A stretch of 64,000 bases of DNA from Promethearchaeia archaeon (lineage in GTDB: Archaea > Asgardarchaeota > Lokiarchaeia > Sigyniarchaeales > SOKP01): NCBI GenBank assembly GCA_029856125.1, contig JAHQWJ010000136.1, forward strand, positions 21,514 through 85,513. The letters are read 5' to 3'. Within the stretch, counting starts at the first letter, position 1, and each line of letters starts with the position of its first letter. The notes under the pieces are model-generated. The model was not told where the DNA came from. It searched no databases and saw only the letters and a list, made by a program, of their open reading frames with translations. Shown in pieces: positions 20,743 to 29,266 of this stretch. The translations under genes and the position numbers were made by a program.

Positions 20743-22224
20743 GTGAGAAAATTGGAAGAAAACGATAAACCTTTAACCCCCGAAGAAATAGAGAAACAGA
20801 AAAAGATTGTAGATGACCTATACAGAAAAGAAAAAGAAGATAGAGAAGATTACTTCAAGAGCTTCGAGGAAGAACGAAAAATTGCTTTTGAAGAGAGCAA
20901 AAATCTTATATCCTCATTAATATCAGAGAAAAGCTTCATGAGAGAAAAAAAAAGAGAACAAGATTTAATAAGAATGGAGATCAAACCTGAAATCGAAAAA
21001 GCAAGTGAAGCGATTGAAAAATCCATAAGTGAAAAAGCTTTTTTGAGAGAGAAACACAGAGAAGAAGATCATATAAGGATCGATCTAAAACTGGATATTA
21101 GAGGGGTAGGTGAAGCAATAAGTAAGACTGTTGACGATAAAGCTTTTTTAATTGAAAAAAGGAGAGAATCTGATGAACACAGAATGAAGATCAAACCTAA
21201 CATTGAACATACAGGAGAGGTAATCAGTAAAAATATTGACGAAAAAGCTTTTTTAATAGAAAAAAAGAAAGAGAGCGCTTCGGTATTGCTAGATTTAAAA
21301 CCGGACACGCAAACTGCAAGCAATGCAATTAGTAAATCCATAGAGGAGAAGTCTTTTTTAAGAGAAAAACAAAGAGAAAGCGATTTCAGTAGGATGCAGA
21401 TCAAACCAGATTTTCTGAAAACGGGTGAAGCAATAAGCAAAACCATTGCTGAAAAAGCTTTTAGAATTGAGAAAAGAAAAGAGATCGAACAGAAAAAAAT
21501 AGAAATACATCCAGATATTGAAGGCAAAGGAGAGGCAATAAAGGCAACTATTAACGAAAAAGCATTTCGGATTGATATGGAAAAAGATAAAGAACGAAAA
21601 ATAAAAGATATGAAACCAGACACAACCAAAGCCGGAGAATCTATAGCCCAATCTATTGGAACAAAAGCTTTTCTACGCGAAACGCATAGAGAAAAGGATT
21701 TTGAGAGAATAGATTTGAAACCAGATTTCTTAAAAACTGGAAATGCAATTAGCACTACAGTAGCTGAAAAAGCTTTTAGAATGGAAAAAAGTCGCGAAAT
21801 TGACGAAAAAAAAAGTGAACTAAAACCTGATATAAAAAAAACCGCAGAATTAATTAGCAAATCTATAGAAGAAAAAGCTTTTTTAAGAGAAAAGCACAGA
21901 ATTGAGGATTCTAAACGAATGGAAATAAAACCAGACATAACAAAAGCGAGCCAAGCTATTAAATCTTCAATTGACGATAAGGCGTTTAGAATTGAGAAGC
22001 AAAAAGAGATGAACCAGAAAAGAATGGAATTAAAACCAGACTTTGAGAAATCTAGCGACGCTATTCAAAAAACAATTGGGGAGAAAGCATTTATTATCGA
22101 AAAACAAAAAACACGCGATTCAGAACTAATAGAACTTAACCCAGATATTAAAGGTATTGGTTCATTAATCGAAGGAAAGATTGAAAAAATTGAACAGAAG
22201 AAAAAAGACGAGAATACTACTTAA
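20743..22224 (+). CDS. Highly charged protein of 13 tandem 35-aa repeats (nebulin-like period and motif; function unknown)
   Basis: 41-aa leader + 12x35 aa + 32-aa last unit = 493 aa; consensus RxxIKPDxxKxxxAIxKxIxEKAF[L/R]xEKxRExDxx. Confidence 0.85.
   Translation: MRKLEENDKPLTPEEIEKQKKIVDDLYRKEKEDREDYFKSFEEERKIAFEESKNLISSLISEKSFMREKKREQDLIRMEIKPEIEKASEAIEKSISEKAFLREKHREEDHIRIDLKLDIRGVGEAISKTVDDKAFLIEKRRESDEHRMKIKPNIEHTGEVISKNIDEKAFLIEKKKESASVLLDLKPDTQTASNAISKSIEEKSFLREKQRESDFSRMQIKPDFLKTGEAISKTIAEKAFRIEKRKEIEQKKIEIHPDIEGKGEAIKATINEKAFRIDMEKDKERKIKDMKPDTTKAGESIAQSIGTKAFLRETHREKDFERIDLKPDFLKTGNAISTTVAEKAFRMEKSREIDEKKSELKPDIKKTAELISKSIEEKAFLREKHRIEDSKRMEIKPDITKASQAIKSSIDDKAFRIEKQKEMNQKRMELKPDFEKSSDAIQKTIGEKAFIIEKQKTRDSELIELNPDIKGIGSLIEGKIEKIEQKKKDENTT
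20866..22221 (+). repeat. Intragenic 105-bp period tandem repeat (diverged)
   Basis: Recurrent AAACCAGA and GAAAAAGCTTTT motifs at 105-nt spacing; no indels between units. Confidence 0.85.
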
Positions 22225-22255
22225 AGGTTGAAATCTTCTTTACTCTTATCTAAAG

Positions 22256-22759
22256 CTATAATTGGACATCAAATTTGAATAAAGTATTTAAATTCATATT
22301 TTCTAATCTTTTTTTATATTGTAGAATTGAAGGGTCTACATTTCCATTAAAGTTCCTTATTGCAGATTCGAACCTATAGTAAAAATCTTCCATAATTTGA
22401 TGTAAAATTACTCTCTCTACTTGTAAATTGGTTTTTTTCGAAATCGCAATCACTGATAATCTCCCTCTCCTCTCGTATAAAATTCGACTCTCTTTAAAAT
22501 TCACTTCTTGAATCTCATCGTTCATTGATTCAGGTTTAATCTCACTTATAAAAAGATTAAGAGCGTTAAGAAACCCACTTATCAAATCTTCATGAGAAGA
22601 AAATTTAGCGTTGCGCGTATATTTTTTGCTAAGCAGTAATGAACCACTTATATTGTCTAAGAAGTAAATCGCGTGAAAACGATTATCGTCTGAATTAAAT
22701 CTATCGATATTAAATCCATACGTTTTTTCTGAATTTCTGTTAATCCATTTGTACGACAT
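22256..22759 (-). CDS. Longin/roadblock-like domain protein
   Basis: IYFLDNISGSLLLSKKY...DLISGFLNAL..FISEI...ILHQIMEDFY.RF...I.NFNG, the pattern of Asgard longin-like proteins. Confidence 0.65.
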   Translation of the reverse strand: MSYKWINRNSEKTYGFNIDRFNSDDNRFHAIYFLDNISGSLLLSKKYTRNAKFSSHEDLISGFLNALNLFISEIKPESMNDEIQEVNFKESRILYERRGRLSVIAISKKTNLQVERVILHQIMEDFYYRFESAIRNFNGNVDPSILQYKKRLENMNLNTLFKFDVQL

Positions 22760-22932
22760 CTTTCCACTACTTTCTAACCTAAAACTATTCCTACTAAAAA
22801 ATGAAAACGATTACGATTTAAAATGTAAATATTATCTTAGTGACATCTATATACTTTTCAAAAAAAAACTAAAAATTTAAAATAAAATCATTTTATTATT
22901 AGACATATACTCTTCTTATCACATTTTAAATT

Positions 22933-23406
22933 TTGATGAACATGGGTGTAAATAACAACTACGGAAAACAAAAAAATAAAATTTCTATTGGAAAAATCTT
23001 ATCAAGAGAAGATTTCAAATCCACTATCTTTCCAGAAGAAGTTAAAGTGGAAGTAAACGAAGCTCCTTATTACTTGTTAATTTTCATTTCTCGCGAAGAT
23101 TCAATAAAAATTAGCTGCTTTCCTACTAATACATATGATATAAAAAAAATTCTAATTAAGTTGATTGAGTTCTCACCTGATCTAGTGAAGGGAATATCGA
23201 CCATACTTAATGATCTTCACTTAAGTAAAGACATCCTCCATACTACGGGAATTTGTTATGAGCTAGAAAATTGCTTCTATGAAACCTATCTGTTAGGAGA
23301 TACTCTAAAATCGGGGACCATATCTGTAGACGCTATAAAGGAAAAATTCCTCGCAATTGAGAAAATTGTCAATGTCTCAATAGAAGATATTCCGATCCAT
23401 AATTAA
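22933..23406 (+). CDS. Hypothetical protein (possible ACT-like C-terminal fold)
   Basis: ILIKL....PD.VKGIS.IL......ILHTTGIC...C.YETY beta-alpha-beta pattern. Confidence 0.6.
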   Translation: MMNMGVNNNYGKQKNKISIGKILSREDFKSTIFPEEVKVEVNEAPYYLLIFISREDSIKISCFPTNTYDIKKILIKLIEFSPDLVKGISTILNDLHLSKDILHTTGICYELENCFYETYLLGDTLKSGTISVDAIKEKFLAIEKIVNVSIEDIPIHN

Positions 23407-23409
23407 TAA

Positions 23410-23628
23410 ATGTCTCATAAAATGAGCGATAAAAAAATACCCCCTCCCCCAACACTACCGCCCTCTTTTACCGTATCAGATAATTTATGTCTGTTTCATA
23501 AAGGCGATTTGTCAGAAGAAATTTATACTTGTCCTAAGTGTAAAACTAAATATTGCCTAGAATGCGCAAAAAAAGCTCAGGCTGATAGGAAATCGTGTAT
23601 TAAATGTAAACAGATTGTTTTATTATAG
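23410..23628 (+). CDS. Small RING-like zinc finger protein with a Pro-rich N-terminus
   Basis: Eight ligands as CxxH, CxxC, CxxC, CxxC; PPPPTLPP upstream. Confidence 0.7.
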   Translation: MSHKMSDKKIPPPPTLPPSFTVSDNLCLFHKGDLSEEIYTCPKCKTKYCLECAKKAQADRKSCIKCKQIVLL

Positions 23629-24057
23629 TTTTTTTATATGCCCCTCCTCAAGTGAACCAGCTCTTATTGAACTTAAACTACGCCACGTCTTCCAAAAAAT
23701 TAACCATAATATTATAAAAATAAATACAGTTGTAGCGAAAGTGTAACCTCCAATAAATAGGTCCACAATAAGTAAAAAGGGAATCCCCGCAATCGCAAAT
23801 CCTATCAAATAACCATACCCCCAATACCTGTTAACTAAGGCTATTATTATACCAGGAATCATCGTCGTGAATATGATTGAAAGAAACGCTAAAACTTCAA
23901 TTGAGCGAGGAGCATCTTGTATATACGTCATATTTACCCAAGATGCTACAAAACCAATTATTACGAACAATAAAGTCCAAATATTTATCCTTAAATCTTT
24001 CTCGGCCTTATCTCGATCGTTTTGATTTGACTCTGCTTTTTTCTGCAACAATGTCAC
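23623..24057 (-). CDS. Small integral membrane protein (~4 TM)
   Basis: Four hydrophobic segments. Confidence 0.7.
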   Translation of the reverse strand: MTLLQKKAESNQNDRDKAEKDLRINIWTLLFVIIGFVASWVNMTYIQDAPRSIEVLAFLSIIFTTMIPGIIIALVNRYWGYGYLIGFAIAGIPFLLIVDLFIGGYTFATTVFIFIILWLIFWKTWRSLSSIRAGSLEEGHIKKL

Positions 24058-24329
24058 TTCTTACCGAACAATTAAAAAAAAATAAATTCTTTTAAGTTGC
24101 TAAAGATAATTCTCATTATAAAAAATAATTGACGATTAACTAATAGGAAATTAGGAAAATTTTGTTTAGAAAAGTGTAGAGTTCATTACATTCCGACAAA
24201 AGTTTCAAAATATTGACAATTCTTTTAAATAAGACGAAAGATATTAGTATAATAAGATAAAAATTTATATGTGTAAAACATATAATTATCGTTGAAGATA
24301 GAAGTTTATACATAACACAAAACAAATCT

Positions 24330-24483
24330 AAAAAAAATAAAATAGGGATTTACATAAAACCATGACTCCTGCCCCGCCCTGGATTTTTGTCTTTTGGTAG
24401 TGTGGTAATACACACTCATTTCGCCCTCCTCCCCCTATTTTATTTCTGACCTTATTATTAGGTCTTGGTGGCAGGAGTCTCCC
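24330..24483 (-). ncRNA. Candidate structured RNA / leader with interleaved long-range stems
   Basis: GC-rich island in an AT-rich spacer: 10-bp and 13-bp perfect inverted repeats plus two local hairpins, a TATA-like element upstream and a T-run downstream on the minus strand. Confidence 0.4.
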
Positions 24484-24913
24484 TTTATTATATTAGAAAA
24501 AAGAAAAAAATGATATAATTATTAATTTATTTTTCTATTGTTGAAAATGAAATATAAAGTTTACACTGAAATTAACCGGTAAATTCTTATTATTACCAGT
24601 AGTTCCCAAATAAAAACCTATTTCATAACAAGTTGTAGAAATAATTGGGTCGGGAGAACCATTATTCCGTTTCGTTTTCCAAAATTTCTCTTTACATTTG
24701 AATTTAGATTTTGTTTTTTTTATGTGTTGCTAAACTAGAAAATTTTGAGTTGGAAAAAGTAGAAGAAACTTATTGGCTTTTAGTTGTAAAGCAATCCTTT
24801 TTTATTAGATAATACTTAAAATACTATTAATTTTCTTATAAAATTAAAATAGAATGTTGTTTTAATTAAACAAATTGTTAATTAAACAAAATGATTCTTA
24901 AAAATTAACGAAA

Positions 24914-26623
24914 TTGATACTTATGACAGAAGAAATTATAAGACGGACAACGAGTATTTGCCCAGAATGCTTACAAACCATTCCAGCGGAGATCTATGTT
25001 GATCCAAAAACTAACTGGGTCATGATGAGAAAAGATTGTAAAGAACACGGACATTTTAAAGACAAGCTTTCCATCGATCCAGATGAATACAAATGGGGCG
25101 AAACGTTCACAGACGACATAGGATCTACAGTTGATAACTCTACTAAACCTGAATATGTTAGTTCAGGATTAAAGGAGTGTGATGAAGGCTGTCCATACGA
25201 TTGTGGCCTCTGTGAAAATCATAAAAGCGCACCTAATATATGCCTAATCGACATTACAAATCGCTGTAATTTAACCTGCCCAATTTGTTTTGCTAACGCA
25301 AGCGCAAAAGGGTATGTTGTAGAGCCTACAATCGAACAAATTTTCCAAATAATGGAACACTTCAGGTCTATGAAACCTGTTGCAGCAGTTATGCTCCAAA
25401 TATCTGGGGGAGAACCTACAATTAGAGATGATCTTCCAGACATCATCCGGGAAGGAAAAAGACTCGGTTTCTCTGAAGTTATGGTTACAACTAACGGTAT
25501 AAGGTTCGCCAAATCTATTGACTTTTTACAAAAGTGCAAAGACGCGGGAATGGACGCCATCTACTTACAATTTGATGCAACGGACGATCCTGAAGCCTGG
25601 AAAAAGGTTCGTGGCGTAAATCTATGGCCTTTAAAGAAACGCGTTATTGAAAACTGTCGAAAAATTGGATATTTTGGTTTAATGTTAGTTCCTGTAATCG
25701 CCAGAGGTGTTAACGACCACGAAATCGGAAACATTTTAGACTTTGCTAAGGATAATAGCGATGTGATTTCTGGAGTAGTTTTCCAACCTGTCTCACTTTG
25801 TGGGAGGATAAGTTTTGAAGAATTGATGGATTTGAGGTACACTACTTCAGATCTCAAGGTGGCAATAAATAAACACACAAATAATGCTATTAGAAAATTC
25901 TATCCCATCGCAACTACAGCAAAAATGACCCGCTTATTAGCTTGGTTCGATAATATGCCCGAATTTGGTATGACGAGCCATAAAGATTGTGGATTTGCTA
26001 CAATTATTATCGTTAACGATAAAGACGAATGGGAATCCCTCGATGATTATTTTGATTCAGAAGGACTAATTAAATGGTCAAATAAAGTTTATGACATGGT
26101 TCAAAAAAAAGAAATCCCGAAACCCACTGGGTTCTTAAAAGGTATAAACTTGGAAGATTTCGGAGCCGTAGCTAGTACTATTGGGAAATTTATAGACGAG
26201 ATGACTGATTTAGGATATCGGCAAATGATGAAAGCTTATTATTTTGCCGGAGGAATTAAGTTCGTAAAACATCCAGAAAAAGTCTTAACAAGTAAAACCT
26301 ACCAAAGCTTTGCTAGAATTATAGCATCTCCTAACTTAGCAAGCGCCGCGAACTTCTTGCACAACAAGAACCTTATGATTTCGGCGATGCATTTTCAAGA
26401 CGCATACAACTTCGATTTAGACAGAGTTTGTAGATGTTTAGTTCATTACGGCGTAGTAGATCCTGATGACAACTCAAAGACACTCGAAATACCATTCTGT
26501 GCTATGAATACGCTACATCGGGAAAGAATTGAGCTTGCAAACGCCATTAAAGGCGAGGAAGCTAAAAAAGCTGAAGTTATCCAAGCTGAAATTAAAGAGC
26601 TTTTAGAAACCGTAAAAGAATAA
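24914..26623 (+). CDS. tes: Tetraether lipid synthase (Tes / GDGT-MAS, MJ0619 family radical SAM)
   Basis: N-terminal SICPEC...CKEHG, GCPYDCGLCENHKS, TNRCNLTCPICFANA, SGGEPT, MHFQDAYNFDLDRV.RC..HY, IPFCAMN. Confidence 0.85.
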   Translation: MILMTEEIIRRTTSICPECLQTIPAEIYVDPKTNWVMMRKDCKEHGHFKDKLSIDPDEYKWGETFTDDIGSTVDNSTKPEYVSSGLKECDEGCPYDCGLCENHKSAPNICLIDITNRCNLTCPICFANASAKGYVVEPTIEQIFQIMEHFRSMKPVAAVMLQISGGEPTIRDDLPDIIREGKRLGFSEVMVTTNGIRFAKSIDFLQKCKDAGMDAIYLQFDATDDPEAWKKVRGVNLWPLKKRVIENCRKIGYFGLMLVPVIARGVNDHEIGNILDFAKDNSDVISGVVFQPVSLCGRISFEELMDLRYTTSDLKVAINKHTNNAIRKFYPIATTAKMTRLLAWFDNMPEFGMTSHKDCGFATIIIVNDKDEWESLDDYFDSEGLIKWSNKVYDMVQKKEIPKPTGFLKGINLEDFGAVASTIGKFIDEMTDLGYRQMMKAYYFAGGIKFVKHPEKVLTSKTYQSFARIIASPNLASAANFLHNKNLMISAMHFQDAYNFDLDRVCRCLVHYGVVDPDDNSKTLEIPFCAMNTLHRERIELANAIKGEEAKKAEVIQAEIKELLETVKE

Positions 26624-26768
26624 TCATTTTTTAAAATTTTAATATTGTTTTATTACTTATTTTTTCTTCATTTTTAAGAAATTAAAGATTGCTTACTAAC
26701 AAATAATATATAAATTTAGACTCTTATTTATTAGATATATATAAAGTAGTAGTTATTATTCGGAATTT

Positions 26769-27356
26769 ATGGAACGCAATACGGATATAATAGGAGAATA
26801 TCGGGGAACAGTCAAAAACAGAGTGTTAACTGCGTTATTGCAGTCCTATATGGATAACTTAGATTACGATGGGATGAAATCGATTTTAAAAGAAGCAGGG
26901 CTGTTAGAATTAAAAGATATACGAGAAGTAGATCCCGAGGGAGAAATCGACTTTTTTTCGTTTAAAAAGATAATTTCTGCTCAAAATTGTTTGCTGTACG
27001 ATTCAACTGATTTATTATCGGAAATTGGGAGAAAATTCTCATTTTATTTGTTCCCTTTTGGAAAAGTTTTTGAAGAGATTGTCGAAGAGATAAATAAAAT
27101 GGTTGTTGCTGATTGGCATGTTAAGATTGTGGAAAATAGAGCTGAATCCGTCATTATTCGGGTTGACAAATGCATTTTTTGTTCGGAAATCGGAGTTTCC
27201 TGCGAGCTTTTTAAGAGTTTTTTAATTCATTCGTTAGAAAAAAGTTTACCCTCTGATTATCGTGTCGTTTCATACGAAACGAAAGAAAATATTAATAATC
27301 CTAATCATAATTCTTTCATTTTGAAATTACGAATTGAGAAAACATTTATATCTTAA
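26769..27356 (+). CDS. V4R-like domain protein
   Basis: IGRKF...IIRVDKCIFCSE....CELFKSFL..SLEK pattern of V4R/H-NOX-like fold; directly upstream of a small GTPase. Confidence 0.55.
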   Translation: MERNTDIIGEYRGTVKNRVLTALLQSYMDNLDYDGMKSILKEAGLLELKDIREVDPEGEIDFFSFKKIISAQNCLLYDSTDLLSEIGRKFSFYLFPFGKVFEEIVEEINKMVVADWHVKIVENRAESVIIRVDKCIFCSEIGVSCELFKSFLIHSLEKSLPSDYRVVSYETKENINNPNHNSFILKLRIEKTFIS

Positions 27357-27446
27357 AATAACGAAAGCTTAAATATATCAAAAATCAAAATACTTTTTGT
27401 TATTATTAATTCAATTCTAAAAATCATAACTTAATTAGTATTAAAA

Positions 27447-28010
27447 TTGCCAGCAGAAGAATTTTCCAACGAAGCTAAGGAATATGTATTCAAGATTACA
27501 ATTCTCGGACAAAGTGCCGTGGGTAAAACTTCATTAATTAATCAATTTGTGGAAGGTTCGTTTCAAGAAGACTATAAACCAACACTTGGCGCAAATATAA
27601 TCCGTAAGGATGTGAACATAGATGAAGTCAACGCTAAAGTTCGATTAATAATGTGGGACTTAGCGGGTCAAGAGAAGTACAATGTAATCCGAAGCATGTA
27701 CTTCCAAGGGTGTGTTGGGAGTTTACTCGTGTATGATGTCACTCGTCACGAGAGCTTTGCTGCGATTGAATCTAAATGGCTTAAAGATTTCAAAAACTAT
27801 GTGAAAAAAGAGGGCGCTTACATTTTAATCGGCAATAAAATCGATCTAAACGAACAGCGAGTAGTTAGTAAAGAAGAGGGAGAAAAATTAGCTAAACAAA
27901 TCGGTGCAAGTGTTTTTATTGAAACCAGTGCTAAATTAGGAAAAAATGTTGAAGAAGCCTTTAAAAGTTTAGTATACCAAATTTTACGAAATTATGGAGA
28001 AAAAATATAA
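27447..28010 (+). CDS. Rab/Ras-like small GTPase
   Basis: GQSAVGKT, YKPTLG, WDLAGQE, NKID, ETSAK. Confidence 0.95.
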   Translation: MPAEEFSNEAKEYVFKITILGQSAVGKTSLINQFVEGSFQEDYKPTLGANIIRKDVNIDEVNAKVRLIMWDLAGQEKYNVIRSMYFQGCVGSLLVYDVTRHESFAAIESKWLKDFKNYVKKEGAYILIGNKIDLNEQRVVSKEEGEKLAKQIGASVFIETSAKLGKNVEEAFKSLVYQILRNYGEKI

Positions 28011-28094
28011 AGAAGCCTAATTAAATAAGAAATCTCCAATTCAATCTCTTTTAAATTACTAATCATTATTATAATTATAAATTATTTTTATTAA

Positions 28095-29255
28095 ATGGTA
28101 AAAATGAAAGAATTATCAAACATAATAAGAAATGCCCCAAAATCAAAAATCCGTGAACTTTTTGACCTTGCCGCTGGACGATCTGATGTAATAAGCTTAG
28201 GAATCGGGCAACCGGATTTTTCCACTCCTCAAGCTGCAATAAAAGGAAATATCAATGCACTAAATGAGAATATCACATATTATGCTCCTACGAAAGGTAT
28301 TCCCGAATTATTGCAGCGACTTGAAAGCAAATTAAAATCCGTAAATAACATTAAAACAGCATGGAAAGATAATCTTATTGTTACAAACGGAGGCTCTCAA
28401 GCTCTTAGTCTTGCTTTTGCCTCTATTTTTAATTCTGGAGATGAAATTATAATTTCCTCTCCAAATTTTATTTCTTATTTCTATTTAAGTGCATTTTTTG
28501 GTTTACGAGTGATTGAAATCGAGAGGAAAAACGACTTTAGTCCTGATATTACCAAAATAAAAAATTCAATTACTGCTAAAACTAAAGCGATTTTAATTAA
28601 CTCACCTAATAATCCAACTGGATATTCATTAACTACAAATGAATTACAGGAAATCGTTGAAATCGTTAAAACTCATGACTTATATTTAATTTCTGATGAA
28701 GTGTACGAAAATTACCTCTATGACAATTCCAAACATACGAGTCCAGCTTCGTTAAAAGATATGTTTGAACGGACTATCACTATAAACGCGATGTCAAAAC
28801 TGTATTCTGCTACGGGATTTAGATTAGGGTATGTAGCTGCTAATAAGGATATAATAGATACTATGGAAAAATATCACCAATATACCGTAGCAGGCACAAA
28901 CCATGCAGCTCAATATGGTTTTTTAGAGGCTTTAAAGATAGATATTAGTTTTTTTGACGAAATTTTAAAGAGTTTTGATGAAAGACGTTTATTAGCTTTT
29001 AATCGATTGAGCGAAATGGGATTCGAAGTCGTTAAACCAAAAGGAGCCTTTTATGTTATGCCGAAAATCAACGAGTTTGGCTTAACTGGCGCTGAATTTT
29101 CGAGAAGAATAATGAAAGAACAAGCAGTCGCAATAGTTCCAGGTAATATTTTTGGATCTTACTCAGAATATATGTTAAGAATGTCTTATGCAACGAAATT
29201 AGAAAAGCTCGAAGAAGCGATGGATAGAATCGAAAAATTTGTTAAAACTTTATAA
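28095..29255 (+). CDS. PLP-dependent aminotransferase class I/II (aspartate aminotransferase-like)
   Basis: GQPDF, NSPNNPTG, SDEVY, SKLYSATGFRLG. Confidence 0.92.
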   Translation: MVKMKELSNIIRNAPKSKIRELFDLAAGRSDVISLGIGQPDFSTPQAAIKGNINALNENITYYAPTKGIPELLQRLESKLKSVNNIKTAWKDNLIVTNGGSQALSLAFASIFNSGDEIIISSPNFISYFYLSAFFGLRVIEIERKNDFSPDITKIKNSITAKTKAILINSPNNPTGYSLTTNELQEIVEIVKTHDLYLISDEVYENYLYDNSKHTSPASLKDMFERTITINAMSKLYSATGFRLGYVAANKDIIDTMEKYHQYTVAGTNHAAQYGFLEALKIDISFFDEILKSFDERRLLAFNRLSEMGFEVVKPKGAFYVMPKINEFGLTGAEFSRRIMKEQAVAIVPGNIFGSYSEYMLRMSYATKLEKLEEAMDRIEKFVKTL

Positions 29256-29266
29256 TTATTAAATTT

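Noticed and set aside
21069-21938. 289-aa antisense ORF inside the repeat gene
   Set aside because: Shadow ORF: its F/S/L/I-rich composition is the reverse complement of K/E-rich codons and it mirrors the 105-bp period
20866-22221. PPR (35 aa) or TPR (34 aa) assignment, or a CRISPR-like array
   Set aside because: Lacks PPR/TPR hydrophobic consensus positions and is too charged; the DNA repeats are degenerate codon-level repeats without unique spacers
24140-24325. 61-aa minus-strand ORF
   Set aside because: Low-complexity AT-rich spacer translation with no SD or recognisable motif
24330-24490. tRNA, SRP RNA or RNase P RNA
   Set aside because: No cloverleaf or T-loop, no SRP helix-8 motif, no RNase P P4 consensus, and too short for the latter two
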